Positions 19,259 to 28,311 of a stretch of DNA of 29,983 bases are shown in pieces. Below the pieces are notes generated by a model, which saw only the letters and a list, made by a program, of their open reading frames with translations, was not told the DNA's origin and searched no databases. This DNA comes from Polynucleobacter meluiroseus (GTDB lineage Bacteria > Verrucomicrobiota > Verrucomicrobiia > Opitutales > UBA953), in the NCBI GenBank assembly GCA_943323725.2, contig CALPIW020000001.1:1-29983 (forward strand). Reading direction: 5' to 3'. The translations under genes and the position numbers were made by a program. How positions within the stretch are numbered: position 1 is the first letter of the stretch; each line of letters starts with the position of its first letter.

Positions 19259-20290
19259 ATGGACAACCTCACGCACGCCGCCCTGGGCATCGCCGCCGGG
19301 ATCGCCGTCCATCGTCGCGGCGGCTCGGTCTCCGCCGCCGCGGTGGCCGCCCTGCTCGCGTCCGAGGCGCCTGACCTCGACGTCTTCATCCGGGCCGCCG
19401 ACGATCCGCTCGTCGCCTTCCGCTGGCACCGCCACTTCACGCACAGCTTCGTGTTCATGCCGGTGCTGGCGCTGGCCGCCGCCTGGCTCACGACGCTCTT
19501 CTTCCGTCGGCGGCACAACGTCGGCTGGCGCGAACTGTTCCTGCCCGGCCTCGCCGGCGCGCTCACGCACCTGCTCTGCGACGGGTGCACGAGCTACGGC
19601 ACGATGCTCCTGTGGCCGTTCACGGAAGCGCGCTTCGCCTGGGACTGCCTCCCGATCATCGACCTCGCGGTCACCCTGCCCGTGCTGACGTTCGCCGTGC
19701 TCGCCTGGCGCCGGCACTCGCCGCGGCTGGCGGCTTACGCGCTGCTGTGGTTCGGCGCCTACGCGACGCTCGGACTGACCCAGCAGGCGCGCGCGGAACG
19801 CAGCCTGCGGACCTGGCTGACGACGCAGGCCATCACGCCGGAGCGTCTGGCGGTGAAGCCGACGGTCTCCAACCTCATCGTCTGGCGGGCGGTCTGGCTG
19901 CACCAAGGGCGCTGGCACGTCGCGGCGGTGCGTAACGTGCCGTTCACGCGGACACGTCTCGTGGTCGGCGAGACCCGCGCGGCCTGGGCGCCGACGTCCC
20001 CCGGCAATCCCCCGCCCTTCTCCGAAGGCTCCCACCTGATCGCCGACTTCTCCCGCTTCACCGGCGGTTGGAACACCTACGACCAGACCGACGGCGCGAT
20101 CCTCGTCGGGGACATCCGCTTCGCGATGCTCCCGACCAGCAGCCGCCCGCTGTGGTCCGTGCGTTGCGCCCCCGGCGGCACGCTCGCCGACACGACGCTC
20201 ATCATGGACCGGAGCCTCCGGGACGGCGACTGGGGCCGACTCGGCGCCTTGCTCTCGGGGTCGGAACCCCGTTTCATCGACCTCGAATAA
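19259..20290 (+). CDS. Membrane metal-dependent hydrolase (YdjM family)
   Basis: MDNLTHAALG, APDLD, HRHFTHS, THLLCDGCTSYGT; several TM helices. TAAGTT-N6-ATG upstream. Confidence 0.87.
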   Translation: MDNLTHAALGIAAGIAVHRRGGSVSAAAVAALLASEAPDLDVFIRAADDPLVAFRWHRHFTHSFVFMPVLALAAAWLTTLFFRRRHNVGWRELFLPGLAGALTHLLCDGCTSYGTMLLWPFTEARFAWDCLPIIDLAVTLPVLTFAVLAWRRHSPRLAAYALLWFGAYATLGLTQQARAERSLRTWLTTQAITPERLAVKPTVSNLIVWRAVWLHQGRWHVAAVRNVPFTRTRLVVGETRAAWAPTSPGNPPPFSEGSHLIADFSRFTGGWNTYDQTDGAILVGDIRFAMLPTSSRPLWSVRCAPGGTLADTTLIMDRSLRDGDWGRLGALLSGSEPRFIDLE

Positions 20291-20291
20291 C

Positions 20292-21050
20292 ATGCGCCCC
20301 CTCCTCCTCCTGCTGCTCGGTGCCTCCGCCTACGCCGCCGCCCCGACGCTCAAGCTCGTGCTCGACGACGGCTTCGACGGTGCGGAACTCGACGCGCAGA
20401 CCTGGAACATCGAGACCGGCAAGCGTCGCGATTCGCTCAACTCCCCCAAGGCGGTCGACCTGAAAGACGGCGTGCTGAAGATCACGACCTGGACGGACGT
20501 CGACGGGACGACCTATTGCGGCTTCGTCACGACGCGCAAGAAGTTCGCCCTCGTCCAAGGCAAGTTCGAGGCGCGCTGCCGCTTCTCCGTCCAGCCCGGC
20601 ACGCAGATCGCCTTCTGGTCGCAGTCGCCGACCTACGGCCAATCCGGCACGGCCGCCGGCGCCGCGGCCGACGGCGTCGAGATGGACATCCTCGAGACGA
20701 CCGGCCTGAAGAAAGGCGGCTACCAGTCCGTGCTGCACTGGGGTCCGTACCAGCACGCGACGGAGAAGAAGAGCAGCTCGACGCAGCATCCGGCGTCCGT
20801 CGGCGGAAAGTGGCACGACTACGGCGTCGAGTGGGACGATTCGGGCTACCGCTTCAGCTTCGACGGCAAGGTCGTCTGGACCGACGCGAAATGCCCTGGC
20901 TCCAAGGCGCCGCAGTTCCTCCTGCTCACGAGCGAATCCAATATCAAAGGCTGGAACGGCGAACGCCCCAAGAAAGGCTATGGCCTGAAGTCAGCCTCGC
21001 AGAATACCTTCGAGATCGACTGGGTGAAGGCCTGGGAACGTAGCCGCTGA
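20292..21050 (+). CDS. Glycoside hydrolase family 16, exported
   Basis: Signal peptide; DDGFDG...W; catalytic EMDILE (ExDxxE); WHDYGVEW...FSFDG; FEIDWVKAW. Confidence 0.88.
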   Translation: MRPLLLLLLGASAYAAAPTLKLVLDDGFDGAELDAQTWNIETGKRRDSLNSPKAVDLKDGVLKITTWTDVDGTTYCGFVTTRKKFALVQGKFEARCRFSVQPGTQIAFWSQSPTYGQSGTAAGAAADGVEMDILETTGLKKGGYQSVLHWGPYQHATEKKSSSTQHPASVGGKWHDYGVEWDDSGYRFSFDGKVVWTDAKCPGSKAPQFLLLTSESNIKGWNGERPKKGYGLKSASQNTFEIDWVKAWERSR

Positions 21051-21067
21051 ATCCGCTCCTGACCGCC

Positions 21068-21967
21068 ATGCCCGCCCCCCGCCTCGCCCGACTATCCGGC
21101 GCCGCCTTCACCCGCGTCGCCCTGGGTTGCCTCTGGCTCGTCGCCTGGCTGCCTTGGTCCTGGCAAAGGGGCCTCGCCGCCGCTTTCGGCGCCTTCGCTT
21201 TCCACGTCGTGCGGATCCGCCGCCACGTGGTGCTCATCAACCTCCGCGTCTGCTTCCCGGAGCTCACGGAGTCCGCCCGCCACACTTTGGCGCGCCGCCA
21301 CTACCAGTCCCTCGCCCTCGGCATCCTGGAAGTCGCGCGTTGCTGGTGGCGCCAGCCCGCCGCCCTGCCCCCTTGCCGCATCGAAGGGGTCGAAGCGCTG
21401 GAGAAAGCCTTGGCCACCGGCCGCGGCGTGTTGCTGGTCTCCGGTCACTTCACGACGCTCGAGATCGCCGGTCGCATGCTCGCCCTGCGCACGCCGATCT
21501 GCTGCCTCTACCGCGACCCGAATAATCCCGTGCTGGCCGACCTGCTCCGCAAGCACCGCACGGCCTGGGCGAACCGCGCCATCGAGATGCGTGACATGTC
21601 CGGCCTCATGCGCGCCCTCCGCGACGGCGAAGCGGTCTGGTATGCGCCCGACCAAGGCAAGTGGACGCCGCAGTCGGCGGTGCTCCCCTTCTTCGGCCGG
21701 CCCGCCATCACGAATCTCTCGACGTCGCGTCTGGCGAAGATGTCCGGCGCCGCCGTGTTCACCTTCTTCCCCCGCCGCGAAAAGGACGGTACCTACGTGC
21801 TCACGATCAGCCCCGCGCTGGCCGACTTCCCTTCCGCGGATCCGGAAGCCGACACGTTGCGCCTGACGGCGATGCTGGAAGAAGCGGTCCGCGCGGCGCC
21901 CGAGCAGTACCTCTGGGTCCATCGCCGCTTCAAAGGCTTCAACGGCAACCCCGTCAGCCCTTACTGA
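21068..21967 (+). CDS. lpxL: Lipid A late acyltransferase (LpxL/HtrB family)
   Basis: GHFTTLE (HxxxxE), YRDPNNP, YAPDQ, PFFG, APEQYLWVHRRFK. Confidence 0.88.
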   Translation: MPAPRLARLSGAAFTRVALGCLWLVAWLPWSWQRGLAAAFGAFAFHVVRIRRHVVLINLRVCFPELTESARHTLARRHYQSLALGILEVARCWWRQPAALPPCRIEGVEALEKALATGRGVLLVSGHFTTLEIAGRMLALRTPICCLYRDPNNPVLADLLRKHRTAWANRAIEMRDMSGLMRALRDGEAVWYAPDQGKWTPQSAVLPFFGRPAITNLSTSRLAKMSGAAVFTFFPRREKDGTYVLTISPALADFPSADPEADTLRLTAMLEEAVRAAPEQYLWVHRRFKGFNGNPVSPY

Positions 21968-23001
21968 GCGAGCACGCGGCGGAACTGGCCGACCAAAGCC
22001 GCCAGATGCGCCTCTTTGCCATAACGGGCGAGCGCGATCGACCGACCCGAACTCGCCTGCTCGCGGCGCGCGCCCTCATCCGACAGCAAACCGCTCATCG
22101 CGGCGGCCATGGCTGCGCAGTCTCCCGGAGGCACGGGGATACCAGCGCCGCCGCTGATGACCTCCGCCAGGCCGCCGACCGCGAAAGCGACCACCGGGAC
22201 TTCGCAGGCCATGGCTTCGATCGCGGCGAGGCCGAAGGGCTCCTCGCGCGAAGGCACGACCACCACCGATGCGTGAGGCAGCAGGCGCGAGATGTCTTCG
22301 CGATGGCCCAACAAGCGGACGCCGTCGAGCGGCAGGCCGGACGGCAGCACGCCGCCACCGATGACGGCAAGCACGGCGTCGGGCCGCTTCCGGCGCAGTT
22401 CCGCGAAGGCGCGCACGGCGAGGTCTTGTCCTTTACGATGCGAGATCAGGCCGACGACCGCGACGACCGGGACGGCGGCGGCGACGCCGAGCGCGGCGCG
22501 CAAGCGGTCCGGCTCGCCGGCTGACGCCGGACGGAACTCGGCGGCATCGACGAAGTTGGGCAAGGTGACGACTTCGGTCATCCAGTTCCACGGCAGCAAC
22601 CGATGGCGGCGCGCGACATCGGCTGAGACGGCGAGGAGCAGGTCATGGAAGCCGGTATGCAGCTGCGGATGGTTCGCATGCAGGTGAGCCACGCTCCGGA
22701 TACCATGACGTTGGCGCAGGAGGGCGGCGAAGTTGCCGGAGCGCGTCAGGTGAGAATGAATGAGGCCGATACCATGCCGCCGACACCAGGCGGCCGCACG
22801 ATCGCCTTCGTCGAACGGCCAGCGCGTGAAGTCGGTGCGCAGCACCGGGACGTCAGCCGGCAGGTCGCGACCGACCCACGAGTCCTCCTCGCACGCCAAA
22901 GCGGCGTCGTGCCCGGCGGCGCGGAGCAGCAACAGGATGCGACGGGCGTAGACGGCCGCGCCGTTCACGCCGCGGTTGGAGGATGCGATCAGAACACGCA
23001 T
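21961..23001 (-). CDS. Glycosyltransferase family 4
   Basis: NGAAVY, IHSH, AVSAD, PNFVD, RKGQD, PSREEPFGLAAIEAMACEVPVV. Confidence 0.92.
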   Translation of the reverse strand: MRVLIASSNRGVNGAAVYARRILLLLRAAGHDAALACEEDSWVGRDLPADVPVLRTDFTRWPFDEGDRAAAWCRRHGIGLIHSHLTRSGNFAALLRQRHGIRSVAHLHANHPQLHTGFHDLLLAVSADVARRHRLLPWNWMTEVVTLPNFVDAAEFRPASAGEPDRLRAALGVAAAVPVVAVVGLISHRKGQDLAVRAFAELRRKRPDAVLAVIGGGVLPSGLPLDGVRLLGHREDISRLLPHASVVVVPSREEPFGLAAIEAMACEVPVVAFAVGGLAEVISGGAGIPVPPGDCAAMAAAMSGLLSDEGARREQASSGRSIALARYGKEAHLAALVGQFRRVLAQ

Positions 23002-23004
23002 GGG

Positions 23005-23625
23005 TCAGCGTAGTTCGAAACGATAGCTGGCGACGGCCTCCGACGCGACGGGCGCGTGGTTGCGCGTGGCGGGCTCGAAGGTCGACGCCCGGGCGGCCGC
23101 CAACGCGGCCTCGTCGAGCAGGCGGCTGCCCGAACTGGCGGTGAGCTCGACCGCGCGCACGGTGCCGTCGGCGGCGAGCGCGATGCGGACGCCGACGACG
23201 CCGGCGACACCGGCGCGACGCGCCCGCTCGGGATAGGCCGGCTCCTGCCGGGCGCGGAAAGCGGGCGGGACGACGACCTCCGCGACGGGCGCGGCGACGG
23301 CCACGCCGCGAGGCTCGGCCGCCACGGGGGCCACGACGGCGGGCGAAGCGACCACCGGAGCGGTCGCCGGCGGGAGCGCGGCGGCGGGCACAGGGACGAA
23401 GGCCGGCGTCACGGGTAAAGTCAGGCCGGCGCCGAGGGCGGCGCCTTCCTTAGCCTCGCCAGGCAAGGCGACCGGCTCCGGCATCAAGGTCACGAGGATG
23501 TGGCCGCCTTCCGTGGTCGGCTCGCCGGCCCCGCGGAGGCCGCCGATCCAGACCGCGCCCAAGGCCATCGCGTGGACGCAGGCCACCGCGGTCCAGATCA
23601 GGCGATGACGGCGGCGGTCAGACAC
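23005..23625 (-). CDS. tonB: TonB-family energy transducer
   Basis: N-terminal TM helix with His, Pro/Ala linker, TonB_C motif PAYPERARRAGVAGVV...SSGSRLLDEAALAA...F-x-PA; GTG start. Confidence 0.87.
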   Translation of the reverse strand: MSDRRRHRLIWTAVACVHAMALGAVWIGGLRGAGEPTTEGGHILVTLMPEPVALPGEAKEGAALGAGLTLPVTPAFVPVPAAALPPATAPVVASPAVVAPVAAEPRGVAVAAPVAEVVVPPAFRARQEPAYPERARRAGVAGVVGVRIALAADGTVRAVELTASSGSRLLDEAALAAARASTFEPATRNHAPVASEAVASYRFELR

Positions 23626-23631
23626 ACCGGG

Positions 23632-23660
23632 AGGGTCGGAGCGACGGCGAGTTCAGTCAA
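23632..23660 (-). promoter_or_regulatory. Putative promoter for a leaderless tonB-GT4 transcript
   Basis: TTGACT-N17-GACCCT-N6-GTG(23625). Confidence 0.5.
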
Positions 23661-23672
23661 GAACGGGGCGTG

Positions 23673-24161
23673 TCATTTGGTAAGGTCGGGCGGCACCATC
23701 CAGAGCAGGCTCCAGGCGCCGAACGGCCTCGCCCGGTCCGGCTTGCTCCGCCGCTCCAACGCCATCAGGCCGGCCTTACGGAAACGGATCCCTTCGCCGC
23801 CGTCGGGCAGGCCGAGCAGGAGCGCGGCCAGCACCGCGAGATGCGGGTTATGGCCGACGAGCAGGCGGCTGCGCCGAGCCTTGGCGACGATCGCCGCGGT
23901 CTTCCGCGGATCGGCCTCCGGCTCCAGGCCCGCGAACACTTTCAACGGCAAGGCGGAGCGGGTCGCCAGCCGGAGCAGCTGGGCCGTCCGGACCGCGCGC
24001 ACCAACGGGCTGTGTTCGATCGCGTCGACTTCCGCCAGAGGCGCGAGGCCCGCGCCTTGGGCCAGCAGGGCGACCTGCCGCTGCCCATGGGCCGTGAGGT
24101 CGCGCGAAGCGTCCGGCGTCCCGGGGACGGCTTCGGCATGGCGGAGCAGGTAAAGTCGCAT
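23673..24161 (-). CDS. sixA: Phosphohistidine phosphatase SixA
   Basis: Start moved to ATG 24161; LYLLRHAEA, RDLT-x-x-G, SPLVRAVRTA, LLVGHNP. Confidence 0.9.
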   Translation of the reverse strand: MRLYLLRHAEAVPGTPDASRDLTAHGQRQVALLAQGAGLAPLAEVDAIEHSPLVRAVRTAQLLRLATRSALPLKVFAGLEPEADPRKTAAIVAKARRSRLLVGHNPHLAVLAALLLGLPDGGEGIRFRKAGLMALERRSKPDRARPFGAWSLLWMVPPDLTK

Positions 24162-24236
24162 GTCGGAAAAGTGACGTTCGGCGGAGCCGATGCAAATCGG
24201 ACTTGCTCCGCCGTCTTGTCCGTCAACCAATCGCCC

Positions 24237-25193
24237 GTGCGCTTCGTCGCGACCGCCCTCCTCCTCTGCGCCGCGCTCACCGCGGAGACGGCCGCCCAGA
24301 CGCGTTACTCGACCCAAGGCATGCGGGTGGACGGCACGATCTGCGTCGACGCCGCGACGGGGGCCGTCCTCGCGCAGACCACGGCCGACTATCCGGGCAG
24401 CCCCGCCAGCGTGACCAAGCTGATGACCCTCCTGCTGGTCCTCGAGGACGTCCGCGCGGGCAAGACGAAGCTGCCCAGCCGGGTCGGCGTGACCAAGGAA
24501 GCGGCCGGCACCGGCGGCTCCCAGATCTGGCTGGCCGTCGGGGAGACCTTCTCGGTGGAAGACATGCTCTACGCCCTGATGCTGAAGTCAGCCAACGACG
24601 TCGCGGTGGCGCTGGCCGTCGACCGCGCGGGCAGCACGGCGGCCTTCGTCGCCCGCATGAACCGCCGGGCCGCCGAACTCGGCATGACCCGTACGCGGTT
24701 CGTCACCCCCAACGGACTGACGTACGGCAAGGGCCCCCATGACACCACGACCGCCCGCGACCTCGCCAAGCTCACCGTCGTGCTCTGCGGCATGCCCGAA
24801 GCCCTGCGGTTCACGTCGGCCAAACGTCATGTCCTCCGTAGGCCGCTCAAGCCCATGGAGGTGCTGAACCATAACTACCTCCTGGATTCCTTCCCTGGTT
24901 GCGACGGCCTGAAGACCGGCTGGACCGAGGCCGCCGACGCCTCGATCGTCACCACCGCCAAGGTCGGCGAGCATCGGGTCATCGCCGTCGTGCTGGGTTG
25001 CCAGAGCCCCCTAGGCGCCAAGGCCGAGCAGCGGCTTCGCGATCAGTTGGCCGCCGACCTCATGAAGGCCGGCCTGGCCAGACTCCAAGCCCAGCCCCGC
25101 CTCCCGGCGCTCAAGCCGTCCACCAAAGTCGCCGGAAAACCCAAGGAAGAGCCCGGTTTCTGGGACTGGCTGGGGGATTTGTTTAGCTTCTAA
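24237..25193 (+). CDS. D-alanyl-D-alanine carboxypeptidase (peptidase S11)
   Basis: Likely start GTG 24237 giving a signal peptide; SVTK (SxxK), SAN (SxN), LKTG (KTG); the longer ORF-track start overlaps sixA. Confidence 0.9.
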   Translation: MRFVATALLLCAALTAETAAQTRYSTQGMRVDGTICVDAATGAVLAQTTADYPGSPASVTKLMTLLLVLEDVRAGKTKLPSRVGVTKEAAGTGGSQIWLAVGETFSVEDMLYALMLKSANDVAVALAVDRAGSTAAFVARMNRRAAELGMTRTRFVTPNGLTYGKGPHDTTTARDLAKLTVVLCGMPEALRFTSAKRHVLRRPLKPMEVLNHNYLLDSFPGCDGLKTGWTEAADASIVTTAKVGEHRVIAVVLGCQSPLGAKAEQRLRDQLAADLMKAGLARLQAQPRLPALKPSTKVAGKPKEEPGFWDWLGDLFSF

Positions 25194-25224
25194 CCCCCGG
25201 CCGGAAGGGGGTGGAAAGAAGTAG

Positions 25225-25238
25225 TGAACATTTGTTCA
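25225..25238. promoter_or_regulatory. Candidate LexA (SOS) box upstream of recA
   Basis: TGAAC-ATTT-GTTCA palindrome just upstream of a TTGCCA-N16-CAAATT promoter-like element. Confidence 0.6.
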
Positions 25239-25293
25239 TTTTGCTTGCCACGTTCGCCGTGCCCGGCAAATTCCATTCCGCATACCCAACGTT

Positions 25294-26376
<1,083 letters not shown>

Positions 26377-26402
26377 TCAATCGTTGTTGGCTAGCCATAG
26401 CC

Positions 26403-26430
26403 CGGGCCGCACGAAAGTGCGGCCCGTTTC
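26403..26430 (+). terminator. Rho-independent terminator after recA
   Basis: CGGGCCGCAC-GAAA-GTGCGGCCCG-TTTC, between convergent genes. Confidence 0.8.
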
Positions 26431-26445
26431 ATTGGCGGAGTCCGC

Positions 26446-27741
26446 TCAGCGCACCTCTTCGACCTTGAGGGTCGAGTCGACGGGCTTGAGCGTCGCCTGC
26501 AGCGCGGCGGCCAGGCGGTCGAACTCGACCTGCGAGCTCTTCACGACGGCTTCGATGTCCTTCTTGGCCTCGGGGCTGCGGAAGAGCGTCTTGATCTGCT
26601 TGGTCTCGTAGGCCTGCTTCTCGGCCACGGCCTTCCAGATCTTGGCGAACGCCGGGGAGGTGGGGTTCTGCGGGAACTCAGCCGCGAGGTTTACGCCCTT
26701 GGCGAGCTCGGCGGCGGTGAAGATCTTGGCGAGATCGCCCCAGGTGACCTTGACCTGCGCGGTCTTGGCGCCGGCGACCCGCAGGGTCAGGCGGTTCAGC
26801 TTCTTCTGGAAATCAGCCAACGCCACGCCGGCGGCGATGGTGCCGTCCTTGGTGACGTCACCCGGTTCGAACGAAGCGGGGATGCGGAAGCTGCGCAGCG
26901 AGACCACGCCGGCATCGGCCTTCATGATGCGCTGGCCATAGCGGGCGTTCGCCTTGCCGCTCGCCAGGTCGACGTCGATCTGGCCGACGTCACCACGCAA
27001 GCCGAGGCCTTCGAGGAACGCGGTGGCCATCATGACGTGGCCGGCCCAGCCGGGGTGCACGCCATCGTTACCCTCAAGCTTGAAGCCTTCGCCATACTTG
27101 GCCCGGGCCTCATGGCCCTTCACGAGCATCGGCCAATAGACATCGGCGAACGCGACCTGCTCGGCCTGCGCGACCTCGATATTGATGTTACGGAAGTTGA
27201 GCAACGCGAGGTTGAGCTCCTGCCAGGTGCCCTTGGCGGTCTTCACCCACGGCGGGACGGAGTGGATCGTGCCCGAGGAGCCCAGCACGACGCGGGCGCC
27301 GGCCTCCTTGAACTTACGCACGACGGCGGTCTGGTTCTGGCGATAGGTCGCGGCGAGGGCGTCGTCCTGCGGTACGTAGCGGAAATCGTTCATGCCGTAA
27401 CAGGTGGTCGCGATGGTCGGCTTGAACCGCAGGACGTCGTTGTCCATGCGCCTGAGGAAACCGCCGGCTTGTTCGCCGCTCCAACCGTACTGGCGGACGG
27501 TGACGTGCAGGTCGGAGCGCGCGGCGACGATGTACGCTTCCATCAGCAGGCTGTACATCTTCTGCTCAGTGATGGAGTCGCCGCAGATCGCGAGCCGGTC
27601 GCCCTTCTGCAGGAGCGGAGCCGGCGTCTTCGGGGCGAGTCGGCCGACATACTCGGCGGGGACGATATCCGGACGGGGCTGGGTTTGCTGGCAGCCGACC
27701 AGGCCGAGACAAAGGAGCAGGAACGCGCAGGGGTATCGCAT
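26446..27741 (-). CDS. SGNH/GDSL hydrolase lipoprotein
   Basis: Lipobox LVGC; CGDSITE, GWSGE, CYGMND, DGVHP. Confidence 0.88.
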   Translation of the reverse strand: MRYPCAFLLLCLGLVGCQQTQPRPDIVPAEYVGRLAPKTPAPLLQKGDRLAICGDSITEQKMYSLLMEAYIVAARSDLHVTVRQYGWSGEQAGGFLRRMDNDVLRFKPTIATTCYGMNDFRYVPQDDALAATYRQNQTAVVRKFKEAGARVVLGSSGTIHSVPPWVKTAKGTWQELNLALLNFRNINIEVAQAEQVAFADVYWPMLVKGHEARAKYGEGFKLEGNDGVHPGWAGHVMMATAFLEGLGLRGDVGQIDVDLASGKANARYGQRIMKADAGVVSLRSFRIPASFEPGDVTKDGTIAAGVALADFQKKLNRLTLRVAGAKTAQVKVTWGDLAKIFTAAELAKGVNLAAEFPQNPTSPAFAKIWKAVAEKQAYETKQIKTLFRSPEAKKDIEAVVKSSQVEFDRLAAALQATLKPVDSTLKVEEVR

Positions 27742-27794
27742 GCGTCCTTATTTACGGATACCGAGGGGCGAATCTACCCTCTTCTCTCCCCCGC

Positions 27795-27823
27795 TTGCTT
27801 TTCGTGGAGTTTTTCTTCATATT
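27795..27823 (+). promoter_or_regulatory. Putative sigma70 promoter of the 6S RNA
   Basis: TTGCTT-N17-CATATT ending 4 nt before the 5' end of the predicted closing stem. Confidence 0.65.
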
Positions 27824-27827
27824 AACC

Positions 27828-27988
27828 GTCCCCTGCGGTGTTCGACACCCGCGGCAGCCTCCCTTCCCTACGAACATAATATACGGGAGGTGCGACCCGA
27901 CCGGCCTCGTCCGAGCCGTGGCAACGCACCGCCCACCTAAATCCAGGAACAAGTGGAGCTCCAATCGGAATCGGCACAGGTGGGGGAC
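27828..27988 (+). ncRNA. ssrS: 6S RNA
   Basis: Folded by hand into the 6S rod: closing stem GUCCCCUGC/GUGGGGGAC, GUGUUCGA/UCGGCAC, AG-C-CUCC-CUU/AAG-U-GGAG-CU, A-rich central bubble, terminal stem GGG-A-GGUGCG/CGCACC-G-CCC; 5' CCCUG..GGUGUUCG and 3' CGGCAC resemble known 6S ends; promoter upstream and CTTTTT downstream. Confidence 0.82.
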
Positions 27989-28033
27989 CTTTTTGAGAGA
28001 CAGATTTAAGATAACGGATGGAAGATGATCGAT

Positions 28034-28250
28034 GGGTAGGGATGCGATGACATCGCATCCGTCTGACCCGAGGTAGGGTCGAGACCGCGTCACGACCTAG
28101 CTGACTCCGGCCGCGCCGTTTCGGGTAGGGCGGCGATTGCTATCGCCGCCGTTCGCAACCGAAGAAGGAAAGGCGTCGGGCCTTAGCCAAGATGGCCGTC
28201 ATTCAACGTCCATCTGCGAACGGACGTGATGGCGATCACGTCCCTACCCG
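28034..28250. repeat. Cluster of four GTAG-tagged REP-like palindromes (three +, one -; last two form an inverted doublet)
   Basis: Copies at 28034-28062, 28072-28100, 28122-28157 (+) and 28215-28250 (-), all GGTAGGG-[7-nt arm]-loop-[7-nt arm]-CC with different but self-complementary arms. Confidence 0.8.
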
Positions 28251-28272
28251 CTTTGAGTTGATGCCTTGGCCT

Positions 28273-28300
28273 AACCGCCAACCGCTATCCGCCAACCGCT
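28273..28300. repeat. Heptamer tandem repeat A(A/T)CCGC(C/T) x4
   Basis: AACCGCC AACCGCT ATCCGCC AACCGCT. Confidence 0.75.
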
Positions 28301-28311
28301 CCCACCCGCGT

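Noticed and set aside
23670-24236. N-terminal 189 codons of the 507-aa DD-carboxypeptidase ORF
   Set aside because: Overlaps sixA on the opposite strand; GTG 24237 gives a normal signal peptide and family-typical length.
25193-25212. ACCCCC-N8-GGGGGT hairpin after the DD-carboxypeptidase gene as a terminator
   Set aside because: Short stem and no U-tract; not convincing.
26388-26397. TGGCTAGCCA palindrome after recA
   Set aside because: A single 10-bp palindrome in a 3' region between convergent genes with no second copy seen; likely chance.
27866-27871. GTAGGG on the minus strand inside the 6S region as a fifth REP
   Set aside because: Not followed by the 7-nt-arm hairpin and CC closure; it is part of the 6S central bubble.
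27752-28093. Three short ORFs (113, 77, 78 aa) in the intergenic region
   Set aside because: They overlap the predicted 6S RNA and REP hairpins, and lack host codon bias or motifs.
28034-28250. Possible CRISPR array
   Set aside because: Units are not identical direct repeats, spacing is irregular, one copy is inverted, and no cas genes are present; the GTAG-hairpin pattern fits REPs.
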